Of a DNA stretch of 20,000 bases, positions 1 through 9,929 are shown piece after piece. Numbering within the stretch: the first letter of the stretch is position 1; each line of letters starts with the position of its first letter. The notes beneath the pieces are model-generated. The model saw only the letters and a list, made by a program, of their open reading frames with translations, did not search any database and was not told where the DNA came from. The stretch is from Psammoneis japonica. Lineage: Eukaryota. The position numbers were made by a program, and so were the translations under genes. The stretch spans positions 44,792-64,791 of the forward strand of contig QPGO01000303.1 in assembly GCA_008632985.1 (NCBI GenBank), read 5' to 3'.

Positions 1-1239
1 GATGAGGTGGATGACAAAGAAAGCAGCAGCAACAGAGAGCCTGCTGCAAATGTGCAAAGATTTGCTGAAATGTCAATGAGATGCAAACAGCGGCAAAGGA
101 TGCTGCAAAATGTCTTCATTGCAAGTCTTTTGTGAGACTCTCCAAGTCATGAAGGAAACTTTGGATGCTGCTGACTGTGCAGCAGCTGCAGCTTCAAAGC
201 TCTTCTCATTCAAAGATTTTGGCTTGTCATCAGTGTTTCCAGAGAGCCGCTGATGGTCACTTGTGTGTGGCTTTAACGTGATCCCCTTGGCAGCCAAGGC
301 ACCATTTCATGCCTCTTCTGTGGATCCCCATGCACCAGGAGTGGCCAGGACTGGAGGTTCAAGAGCCACCAATGCCTCTGGCAACTGAGCTGTGTGACTT
401 GCCAATGCAGTTTTGACACAGATCAGAAGGAATGAGAATGTGAAGAGATGTCTAGAGAGAAGCCAGCCAAGAGAGCTGCAAGCTCAACTCTTGATTTTTC
501 TTTGGGTGGGTGATTGTGCAGAGCTGCCCTTGATGTCAGCAGGCCCAAGTCAGCGCCCTTTCTTCTGCTGGGGCAACAGCAAACAGAAAGTCAGAGCAAG
601 TGGCAGCAGCAAATTGGTTGGTTCTTGGGGGCTCTCAAATCACCATTTGTCTTTCTCCCAAGTGTCTGGCAGTCTTGGGGCAGGGAAGAGTGTTTCTTCC
701 CCGGACACTGGCAAAGTTCAACTTTTCAATGTGCCAGTCAACACATCTCCAAATTCTTGGAGATGAGTGTGCACAATGTCAGGAGATCAACTGGAGCTCA
801 TTTGACCAGATGTGCCAACCCATGTGCATTGGGTGTGAGATGGACTTGTGAGCAAGTGGCTGTCCATCACATGCAAGCTGCGCACTGCTGTGCACTGCAC
901 ACAAACCAGACATGCAGCATGCGCGGCTTTAAGCTGTGCTGTGTGCTTGCTGTGAAAGCAGCACAAATGGCACATCACCTGAAGAAAATTGCTCAGATGG
1001 CACAGCATGTGAACCTTCCATTGCAGCAAAGGGGCTGCTGGATGCTGTGATCAACTGTGTGGAGGAGCCCAAGGTTGGGGTGTTGTGGACAAAGTCAGGG
1101 AGCAGCACTGTGGCACAACTCTTGGCCATCACCACCCATGATGTTGCTTCCTCACACAACAAGGCCACAGCCAGCCCTGCTTGAGTTTGTTGCTCTCAGG
1201 TGACTCATCTTTTTGCTTCTAAAGTTGGTTGGACAATTG

Positions 1240-2300
1240 GCAGGCCAGCGCTGCTGTGGTTTTGCCAGCCCACTTCCCCCAGCAACAAACATGCCAGGTG
1301 AATGGATGGCCCCCTTCATTGCCCAGCTCTTCATCTTGTGCACATTTGTTGCTCCAATGAAGCAAGGTGGACAAGCCTGCAACAACGCCATTTCCCAGCA
1401 CCACACAGACAAACCTGGCACCACACAGACAAACCTTTTGCATTGCAAGGAGCAGGTTGGGAGTGTTTTCTGATGTGATTCTCACAGAGAGCTCCATGGC
1501 CCGACCTGCTTGTGGTGTGTCTTGGGGGGCAGTGTTGGGCAGTTTGCATGGCTTGTGACTGGACCAATCACTGGCAATTTGCAGCTTGGCATCTGCAAGC
1601 AAGAAGGAAAAACACAGGGGGGCAGGATGCTCACTCTGTGACTTGCAGCAGAGTTGCTTTCAACCATGTGTGCACTTCTTGTGCCTTGCACATGGTTTCC
1701 ACTCATCACCAATGTGGCACCCAGTGCTGACAAGACACACATGAGATGAGCCAATTTCAAGAGAGCCCAACTTGCCATCAAGGCAATCAGGCCATTGTTG
1801 CCAGGCAAGGTGGCTGCTAAAAATTCAACCCCCCCCTGCTTTTCTTCTTTTCCCAGAAGGGCTGCAATTCCACAAGTCCTGAAAGTTGAGCCACTTGCCA
1901 ATGTTGATTTGCAAATGCATTGTGGAGTCTTTCATCAGAGCATGGGTGCAACATGCATGCTTCCTGGTGCCCACCCATGGAGGCAAGCTCATCTTCAAAT
2001 GAGGCACAGAGCAAACCCAAGCTGTGGCCATTCAAAGATTGGGCAGCTCCCAAGTGGCAGCAGATTTTGCATTTCTTCTTGCCCAATCCCAAACCATTGC
2101 ATTGAGAGATGAAACTTGAAGGTGCAGCAACTCAAGCACAAAAGCAAGAGCCCAGAATTTCCTCACATGCTCAAGGCTGAAGTCACCAATGTGCTCATGT
2201 GCTGATGAGGCAGTTGGCAAAAAATGCACCCCTCCATGTGTGGGGCCGCACCTGCTGGCACCAGCACATGCATTTGTCAACACAAGGCTTGCATGCTTCC
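1240..2300 (-). pseudogene. Decayed C5-cytosine DNA methyltransferase-like domain (copy B)
   Basis: Motif I 'LVLTNACAGAS' (~2290-2255) becomes AYAGAG if TG>TA and CA>CG are reverted. Then III 'HIGDF' (~2190), IV-like 'LLHLQVSS/QCNG' (~2130-2092), VI-like 'ASFEDE' (~2005-1988), IX 'GLSVWCWEMALLQACPPCF' (~1415-1365; compare LSVRE.A.LQ.FP..F, with tgg-gaa explained by cgg-gaa) and X-like 'AMKGAIHSPGMFVAGGSGL' (~1322-1265). The motif II region looks deleted. Confidence 0.45.
1398..1436. repeat. Tandem duplication, 20-bp period (GCACCACACAGACAAACCT x2)
   Basis: Exact 19-mer at 1398-1416 and 1418-1436. It frameshifts the putative MTase motif IX region. Confidence 0.95.
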
Positions 2301-2949
2301 ACAACAGTCTTGAAGTGAAGCTCATCATCAAGTCATTGGCAATGCACCCCACTTCAGGTTCAAGAAACAACCAAGCTGGCTGGCCAGTGCCTGAGAGCAT
2401 GGCTGCCAATGACACTGTGAGTTTCCAAGAGACAAGCCTGCAGACAATTTGTTGTTCAAGACAGTGCCCATGAAAGGGAAGGTGCAACCCTGCCCAGGTG
2501 CACCAAACTGCTTCACAGCTGCAATGAAGGTTCTTTTGCCAGAGCAGGGGTTGAAAAAAGAGCCAGAAACATCTTCAAAGGAAGCCAAGCGCCCCCCAGT
2601 TTACAAACACCAAGTCTCCAGCGACAATGTGCTTGAGCATGTTTCACCACCACAATGCTTTTGGTTGGCAACAAACAAGCCACGACCATTGCAGACAAAA
2701 AAGAGAGCTTTGGGAGTGGGCGCCTCTCCACAAGGCAAAAAGCCTTGACCAACTTTTCTTGGCAGGCACACAGTGTGCATTTCCTTGGCTGTGTGCTTCT
2801 TCTGGCTTGACTCATTTGTGTCCTGAATGATCATCTCACAAAACACAACCATGCAGGTGTTCCTTCAATGAATTAACTGCAAATGTTTTTGAACAGCGCT
2901 GCTCCCCCACAGTCTTTTGTTTGCTTTGACTGTGCATGATTTGAAATGC

Positions 2950-4000
2950 TCTTGTTCAAGGGCTTTGTGGTCATCTGTTGTTTTCTTGACAACGGGCTCA
3001 GAGAAACATCCCTTGCTGAAAAAAAAGCCTCCATGTCAGCCATTTGAGCTGCAATGCAGAGCATGTCTTTGGTGTTCAGCACATCATGTTGGGGCTCACA
3101 CCACCAGCATTGAATGCCTGGGAAATGCCTCGCTTTTCTGTGGTGTGAGTCAGCACATTTTTGAGGCCAATGGCAGCATCCTGTCTTGAGTGTGCAACAT
3201 TGAGAGGGTTTTGTTTGCCCAGTCTGCAAAACAACAAAAATTGACCACCTGATGTCTGCCTTTGCAGCCCTCATGATTGTTCGCACTGGCCATGATTGTT
3301 TGTGGCCATTGAACCCACCACAAATTGTTGGGGCTGGCCATGGCACAACAGCATCAAATTGCCAGAGCACTGCACCCATGTCACTTGATTTTTTGTTGAG
3401 CGCTGCACCCGTCACTTGATTTTTTGTTCTCAAACACCACGCAAACCTCCCTTGAGCTGGCAAACAACTCACCCAAGCTTTGTGCTGCAGACTCTCTCTC
3501 ACAAACACATTTTGCCAAGCAACTCAAGCATGGCAGGTGCTGCCACCTCTGCTCCTCAACCAAAACATCATTTGCACGTGCACATTGCCATTTGTCTTGA
3601 CGGCAGTCTTGTGCTCATGAGATGCTCCTGCTTCTGGGTGAACGAGACTGTGTGGGCACAATTGGCAAAAGAAGAAAATCTTTTTGACTCAAAGCAGGGG
3701 GGGTGTTGTGCAGCATGAACTTGCTCTTTTGACAGCCTCACACCAGCCAAAGAGCAGAATTTGGAAAAGACAGACTTTCTGTCAGTGTCTCTTGGCGTCT
3801 CCGCCAAGTCAATGATGACAAGCATTGACCTTGATGACGTCTCTGCATTGCAATTTGCAAGAAGTCTTGTTGCAACAGCATCTGCAGAGTCTCTTTCCAC
3901 ACATTTGCCAGGTGTGGAGACCAGTGTTGTGAGCAGCTCCAGCAGCAAGAAAAGAGCCGTGAGAACAACCATCTGGCTTGCGCAAATCTGACGTTTTGCT
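2950..4000 (-). pseudogene. Decayed C5-cytosine DNA methyltransferase-like domain (copy A)
   Basis: Motifs appear in canonical order across frameshifts: I 'VVLTALF/AAGAAHNTGL' (~3970-3920), II 'CVERDSADAVATRLLAN' (~3905-3850), IV 'VHAAQHPPC' (PPC at 3702-3694), VI-like 'VLVEE/EVAAPAMLELL' (~3570-3510), weak VIII-like 'LPAQGR' (~3460) and a TRD-like 'PAPTI' (~3338-3323). Boundaries are approximate. Confidence 0.5.
3365..3428. repeat. Imperfect tandem duplication, ~33-bp period
   Basis: GAGCACTGCACCCATGTCACTTGATTTTTTGTT is followed by GAGCGCTGCACCCGTCACTTGATTTTTTGTT. Confidence 0.9.
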
Positions 4001-4351
4001 TTGACCAAGTTGGCTGTCATTGTGTTTCATGATCACTTCTTTGGAAAGACCAGCGCAGCTGCACATGACACATGGAGAGAGAGTGCTCCTCAGAGAGCTC
4101 AGCAACAAAGAGGAAAGAAGCGCAGGCTTGAACCCGGCACAGTTGCTTTGCTTTGAGCCACAAAGGAGGGGGGAAAGTTCCCCAGAAAGGAAGTGAACCA
4201 AATCAATGCTTTGACATGGTCACCCATTTCCCACCATTGTTTCCATTGCTTTACAAAATTAACAAAATTGTTGGCAACAAACCAACACTGTGTGGTGTCT
4301 TGTGGTGGTCTCAAGGTGAGAGTAAAACAAGCTGTGCTCGGTGCTCGACAG

Positions 4352-4526
4352 NNNNNNNNNNNNNNNNNNNNNNNNNNNNNNNNNNNNNNNNNNNNNNNNN
4401 NNNNNNNNNNNNNNNNNNNNNNNNNNNNNNNNNNNNNNNNNNNNNNNNNNNNNNNNNNNNNNNNNNNNNNNNNNNNNNNNNNNNNNNNNNNNNNNNNNNN
4501 NNNNNNNNNNNNNNNNNNNNNNNNNN
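4352..4526. other. Assembly gap (175 N)
   Basis: Run of N. Confidence 1.
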
Positions 4527-4592
4527 CACTTTCTCTCCTCACTGGCACTGCCAGAGGACGACAAAACAAAAAGATCGATAAGGAAAAACCCA

Positions 4593-5930
4593 ATGCTGTC
4601 GATTTTCATTAGTTACCTGCTGGCAAACACGCTGTTTGTTCAAGGCTTCACGCTTTCGCGGTCAACGTCCCGCAACGGCGTCGTACCGCTTTCATCCGCG
4701 GCTTCAGATGACGAAGAAAAGCGAATGGAAATGGTTCGGCAACTTCAAAAGACCTTTTACAACTCTGCTGCTGATGAACAAGACAGACCGCAACTGGAAA
4801 AAGAGACTGGTCGAGTCACGAATCTTCCACTGTGGAGAGTCGGGTGGATTGAAGTTCCCGGACGAGCAAATTGTTTGAATGTGCACGAAGGTCACTACAC
4901 CAACATGTTTGAAAAAATCATTTCTGGACCAAAGCCATGGTATTTTGGTCACTTGCATCTGCCTGGGGGAACCAAAGCCGCCCGAACAGGTGAAAAGCGT
5001 TTTGAGCTCAAGAGCTGGCGGGACGAAATCCAAGACACGGATAGGTTTGATCAAGAGGAGCGATCGGCAGTTGTAGGGTGTTTAATGCGTATCACAGACT
5101 TTCGGCGACTTCAAGACGGACGGCTCACGATATTAGTTCATGCTCTGGAGCGATTTGTGGTGGATGAGGTTGTGGAATCCTTTCCACATGGTGTTGCTCA
5201 TGTACAGATCCTACCAGATACAAAAGACATGCCGACTAAGGTTGACGAGAATTTTGGCAAAATTGCCCGGGCAGATGCGGTAAGGCGATCCTTTCAATAT
5301 CATGATTACGAATGCGATTCAATAGAACTGCCACTGCCAAAAGATACAGAATACATGTCAACACAAGACGTGGGTGTGTATGGATTGAAAATTGCAAAAT
5401 GCTTGCCATTCGCCTTTTACTCCAAGAATGACACGTCTTTGGAAAGAATAGAACCCGTCAGTAGCCGCTATGACGAAGGTAATTGTAGTTTTGCAGGTGG
5501 CCAGCCGCTACTGGAGGAAAGATTGCAAGCGGACTTGGTCCTACGAAACCCTCCACCGCTTCCTGGTGTCAAGAGCCAAACGTCACATGACGCAGACGCG
5601 CTTGAAAAGTTCATCTGGTTGGCATTGGATGATTTTTGTCGAGTGTCCGATTTTGTTCTTCCAGAAGAAATACTGTGTCTGTTGCCTCCCGACATGGAAT
5701 ACCTTGACATGGGCCATCCAAAGCAGTGCTTGTCAGACAAGTACCCCAAGCAGCGCCGGCAGCGTAGACTGAGCTACCACTTGCCAAAATTGATCGAGAA
5801 CACAAACGTTGGCGCCGCGATTCCCATGCGGCAAGTCTTGTTGAACACACCGAGCACACAAGCAAGACTAGCGGCAGTGTTGGAACGCTTTCAGTTGATC
5901 AATGATGCCGTAATGGGACAATTTCAATAA
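4593..5930 (+). CDS. Lon protease N-terminal (substrate-binding, PUA-like) domain protein, probably plastid-targeted
   Basis: ATG at 4593, 445 aa. Hydrophobic signal peptide ending VQG-F, then an S/R-rich transit-like stretch (diatom ASAFAP-type bipartite presequence). Lon-N-like motifs 'LPLW...VPG...LNVHEGHYTNMFE', 'VGCLMRITDFRRLQDGRLTILVHALERFVV' and C-terminal 'RQVLLNTPSTQARL'. No AAA+ or protease domain. Confidence 0.8.
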   Translation: MLSIFISYLLANTLFVQGFTLSRSTSRNGVVPLSSAASDDEEKRMEMVRQLQKTFYNSAADEQDRPQLEKETGRVTNLPLWRVGWIEVPGRANCLNVHEGHYTNMFEKIISGPKPWYFGHLHLPGGTKAARTGEKRFELKSWRDEIQDTDRFDQEERSAVVGCLMRITDFRRLQDGRLTILVHALERFVVDEVVESFPHGVAHVQILPDTKDMPTKVDENFGKIARADAVRRSFQYHDYECDSIELPLPKDTEYMSTQDVGVYGLKIAKCLPFAFYSKNDTSLERIEPVSSRYDEGNCSFAGGQPLLEERLQADLVLRNPPPLPGVKSQTSHDADALEKFIWLALDDFCRVSDFVLPEEILCLLPPDMEYLDMGHPKQCLSDKYPKQRRQRRLSYHLPKLIENTNVGAAIPMRQVLLNTPSTQARLAAVLERFQLINDAVMGQFQ

Positions 5931-6226
5931 TGTTCGAAAAAACGAAAGAGTACGTCGTTAGAAACAATAGAGTAGATATCGAAATTATGTGAGCGAAAAG
6001 TTGGGTGGAAGGAGTATAGCACCAAAGATGGGGCTTCGCAACTATTGGGAACTAGGAGCATCTTTCTATCATGATATCATCTCTAGTATTATGATCAAAG
6101 TGTGTTCCCTCGTAAAAGCAACAACCTGCTCTCGAAAACCAAAACTGCAGGTCGGCACCCTCTGTGCGCCCAATGCAGTTCAAGCTAGCTACATGATAGT
6201 GATTGATGTCGCGCAGTAAGCCAAAT

Positions 6227-7771
6227 TCATTGGCCAGTCTTGGACTCTTCTTGTGCCAACTTGTCTTCCTCCTTGACGATCGCTGGCTCTTGGACCGCAT
6301 CTTGCTCTTTCTTGGACTGAATCTGCTTCAAGTAAACTCTTGGGTCAAGTTTTCCAGAAGCAATTTGCTCGGCGATTTCAACCGGCGCAGCATTGGCGGG
6401 GTCCTTGATGGTTTGGGAATGCGGTGCTTCTTGACTGAGTTTCGGTGGAGGTTCTTCTCCAACCTTGCTCACGTCTCGGGGTTTCCAGTACTCATCCTTT
6501 TTGTTTTCAAAGAACTCAACCCACGGTGCCCAGTGGTCCTTCTTGACGTACGACAGTGGCGGCGCCCCACGGCAGTCCACCACGTTCAGTAGCCGTTCGT
6601 CAGCCTTGAGAATGAGTTCTACACATTCAAAGCTCGGCTCGGCTGTCCAGCATGCGTCATGAAGTGGCGTTCTGCCAAAGTCATCCGTAACCTGCAGGGA
6701 GCAACCCGCGTCCAGCATAACCTTGAGAAGCTTGGCGTCTCCCCGTCGGCAGACCATGTGTACAGCAGATTCACCAAAGTTATTGCATGGATTCGGACTG
6801 AGACCGCAGTCGAGCATGTCTCTAAGAAGAGTTTCGTTGGAGGCGCGGATCGCCTGTATCACTTTGATGCCGTAGGATGCCTTTTGCAGAGGTGACGGTT
6901 TGCAGTAATAGCCACCCTCTAACGAACAGAACTTCTGATTCGAATACCCTCGTGAATCGATAATTTTGTCCAAGCACTTTTGCGGAGAAACCTCGGCCTT
7001 TTCAATAACCTGCAGAGCAAGCAGAGTGAAAAGCACAACTTTGTCAGACTTTGGCATACGAAACTTGTCTGTATCTGTTTACGCTATCGTACGTACCGCT
7101 GATGATGATAATGACCTAGGTATATCTGTTTTCCCACCCACAACTTTGCGATACTTGTAGCTACTCCCCGACAAGTCACTCGGTGCACTATTGACACGCG
7201 AACTGAGTCCCCCCTCGCTCGTGGTTTTGATTTTGTTTTGCTGTTCCACAATACCTTGAGCTCGTACCGTGGCTCGGCTCGCGGATGAATAAAAGCGTGG
7301 CTTGGAAGGTTGAGGCGCAATCTTTTCGGGTGGCAGTGTGAAACCTCCACTGGGAGCAAACGCAATCTTATTGGAAGTCCGCAGCAATGCTTCCGTGGCA
7401 GGTCGCTTCATGCCCGCTTTGGGAGAGCGAAAGGATGCCGTTTGATTTGAAGCGTTCAGTTGTTGCTTAGAAGCAAGTCGAGCCACTTGATTTTGTGGTT
7501 GCTGTTGTTGCTGTTTTGCGTTTTCTATTGTGGGTGGAGGTTGTCCAGCTGTCGTGACTGTGATTGGGTATGCTGTTGGTAATGTTGTGGATGTGTTGTT
7601 TGCGTGACTGATGTGAATTAACGTGGGCGAAGGCGTCACGGCTGGGATCTGAAACCCAGCGGCCTTTGCTTCCTCGGTGGGGCGAATCAAGTGTTGCGGA
7701 CCATTGTTGCTAGCATTGCTACCGGGAGCAGTCGCTGTAGTGCAAAAGAATGGTCCTGGTGCCGATGCCAT
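6227..7771 (-). CDS. Ankyrin-repeat protein, two exons (7771-7097 and 7009-6227), about 485 aa
   Basis: Ankyrin motifs 'NNFGESAVHMVCRRGD' and 'TDDFGRTPLHDACW' with a low-complexity P/T/Q-rich N-terminus. The two ORFs join in frame through a phase-0 GT-AG intron. Confidence 0.88.
7010..7096 (-). other. Spliceosomal intron, 87 bp
   Basis: Donor GCG|GTACGT at 7096, branch-like TCTGAC, pyrimidine tract, and acceptor TTGCTCTGCAG|GTT at 7010. Removal joins ...SSSA to VIEKAE in frame. Confidence 0.85.
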
Positions 7772-8038
7772 TTTGCTGTGTTGTTGTCCTTACAGATTAG
7801 AAAATTGTCTTCCCGATTGTGGTCTTTGTGTGCAATCCCAAAGCAGCTGCGATATGGTTGAAACTGAAGAATACAGATCCATCTGTGTGCTGCAGATGTT
7901 GTTGACAGTACTGGAGCTCGATCGCATGCAAAGAACATCGGGGGTGATGTGTTTTGTTGATCACGTCACATCAGATCAGCTGTGAAGGGCCAAAAGGCCA
8001 ACAGCAGGTCGATTTTGTTGCGACGTGGTCGCTGCGAC

Positions 8039-8069
8039 ACGTGTGTGTGTTGTCGTGTCACACACACGT
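8039..8069. repeat. Perfect 11-bp inverted repeat of (GT)n/(AC)n with ACGT ends, 9-nt loop
   Basis: ACGTGTGTGTG (8039-8049) and CACACACACGT (8059-8069). Confidence 0.85.
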
Positions 8070-9004
8070 AGGTATTACTTATGGTAAAATATCAAAGAAG
8101 GGCGATTCAGATGTCAATGTGTCCATGTCGATAATTAAATAAATCGATGTCCATGCGACGTGGCACGAAAATAGAGGGAAACGGAACTCGCTGAAAAATT
8201 TCCTACGTAGGTTTTACGTTAAAGCTGGTACGGGTGCATTTCGCATGCACTGAGACGGCCGGATGGCGTCACTCTAACGCGAGAAACAGCTGGGCGATAT
8301 CAATTGATTCCGTCATACTTTCGTAAAGAATAAAAAAGGGCAGTTACAAAGATACTTCAATCTTTGTGTTTCTGGGAATGTTTAAGGGTCAAGCGTCATA
8401 CTTTCTTTGTTTCTGTCGTTTCCGATGCAACACTTAGATCATTGGCGACACGAATTACATCACTGCCTCTTCTACAGTACAGTATCTTCTGTGTGTCTGC
8501 CGACCGGCCGCCGACACAAGTCCTGTATGTGGACGGGGGACACCCGCGCGCGTTCGATCCACCTCCGATGGCAGCGATTGACTGGCGATTGATGCCAACA
8601 CTTGGCGACATTCTACTCTCTAGCTAGCTCGAGCTTAGTACTGCTCCGACCGAGTTAGACTCGAGCTAGAGGGCCTACTGAACAAGTAAAGGAGTTGGAA
8701 ATACAGTAGTTCCTGTCCGCACTATCTCAGATTAAATAAAGCTCTTCCTTCATAAATGTAGTAGGGATCTTACTCTACTCTCTAGGCCCTACTAGCGACC
8801 ATGAAGTTGCTGCCTTCCCTGTCGCAGTCTTTTTAAAAACGATCAGCTCTAGCGGTGGTCCAAGAAAGAAGCAGTTGAATTGGTGGATCTAAAACAGTCG
8901 GCTCACCTATGGTTTGTAGACATGATTGCCATTATTTGAGATAATTTCAGTTTGCGTTTAGTATAAATTATAATTGTGTAGTTCCTGTAGACGTGTGAAG
9001 TTTC

Positions 9005-9652
9005 TCATGCAGCAATCGCCACTCCCTTTGATGTGTTGCTGTCTAAACTAACCATTTCCTGTTGAGTAGCAGTGCTCGATGCCTTCTCCATCATCCTCAT
9101 CATTGATGCATCAAGTCGGCTTCGACCTGGTGCTGGAGCAGTCAGGGAGCGTTGATCGGCCAATCCCATTTGGTTGGCAAATATTCTGGCGTTCTTTGAT
9201 AGCAATTGGGAGACTCTTGCCAATTGGTCGCTATTGACTCGGCCAAAGTGCTTTCGTTGAACTTCTTGATCATGAATGACAGCCTTGATAGCTTGCTGCT
9301 GCGAACGCTTTCTTTCTGAACCGTGCCTTCTGCAGCACCACATTTCTAAACCTCGTCGAGACACTAGGCGTGTCGTCCACTGCTCAAGAACTCGTTGCGT
9401 CCGTTGTCTTGACGTTGCTCTTGTGTTTCCAAAGGTATTGTCAAGGATGTTGCTACAGCTCGATTGTCTCGATTCCCGTGCGATCATTTGGGCCTGTAAC
9501 TTGAAAGTATCGTAATCTTCACTACTCCACCATGACTCGTCATCATCGAACTGTGTTCTACGAATGTCGCTCTCGATGTAAGTCTTTTCTTCTTGGAAGC
9601 GCACCCTGCATCGATGCGTTTGCGTTTCTTGTTCGTTATCTTGATTGCCCAT
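9005..9652 (-). CDS. Hypothetical protein of the diatom-type 'V.F...WW...Y...RGLE...A..MG..D' family
   Basis: ATG at 9652 gives 215 aa. Motifs RVRF, WWSSEDYDTFK, SRRGLE and 'QLARVSQLLSKNARIFANQMGLADQ'. There is a clear paralog at 19344-20000 and an upstream CCAAT box at ~9831. Confidence 0.8.
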   Translation of the reverse strand: MGNQDNEQETQTHRCRVRFQEEKTYIESDIRRTQFDDDESWWSSEDYDTFKLQAQMIARESRQSSCSNILDNTFGNTRATSRQRTQRVLEQWTTRLVSRRGLEMWCCRRHGSERKRSQQQAIKAVIHDQEVQRKHFGRVNSDQLARVSQLLSKNARIFANQMGLADQRSLTAPAPGRSRLDASMMRMMEKASSTATQQEMVSLDSNTSKGVAIAA

Positions 9653-9929
9653 GTTGACGGCTAACAAAAAAGGAAAGAGAAAGGAACTGATGGGACTGCT
9701 AAACAGTAAAGTGGTGTGTCGAAAAGGGGAAGGGGAAGAGATGAACGGTGAACAACGAGAAGTTGTTCTTTTGTCAAATACCCCGACGCATTCTCACACT
9801 CACTTCTCTTGGGCGTGACCCTCCTTTTAGCCAATCACATCTCGTGAAAAAATCGGGACAGATGACCAAAGAAGGGACATTTGGTAAGTATCAGATTGAA
9901 TGAGAAAACATGATTAGAAATCGCTCCCA

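Larger units (their letters stand above)
1..4351. mobile_element. Heavily mutated repeat/transposon- or virus-derived relic (CpG- and TpA-depleted block); class and termini not identifiable
   Basis: By-eye count in bases 1-1200 gives about 8 CG and 3 TA dinucleotides, against roughly 70 each expected at ~50% GC, with a large TG/CA excess. There is no long intact ORF, translated fragments are nearly Tyr-free and Cys/His/Trp/Gln-rich, and there are micro-tandem duplications. The block abuts an assembly gap and composition is normal after it. No transposase or RT motif was recognised, so mobile origin is inferred. Confidence 0.65.

Noticed and set aside
1398..1436. CRISPR-like repeats
   Set aside because: Only two adjacent units with no spacers, in a eukaryotic context.
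1821..1860. Plus-strand 'NSTPPCFSSF' as another MTase motif IV, and a 12-bp inverted match to ~3691-3702
   Set aside because: It is a short low-complexity C-run match with no flanking motifs in order on the plus strand.
73..4201. The many 60-210 aa ORFs on both strands as functional genes
   Set aside because: Loss of TpA removes TAA and TAG stops and inflates ORF length. The translations are Cys/His/Trp-rich and nearly Tyr-free, and recognisable motifs are split across frames.
1..4351. Fungal-type RIP as the cause of the skew
   Set aside because: RIP depletes CpA/TpG and enriches TpA. This block shows the opposite.
4099..4612. ORFs spanning the N run, including the 4341 start of the Lon-N gene
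   Set aside because: Artefacts of translating Ns. The ATG at 4593 gives a proper signal peptide.
7010..7096. Ankyrin ORF and the upstream 230-aa ORF as two separate genes or a frameshift
   Set aside because: A canonical GT-AG intron joins them in frame.
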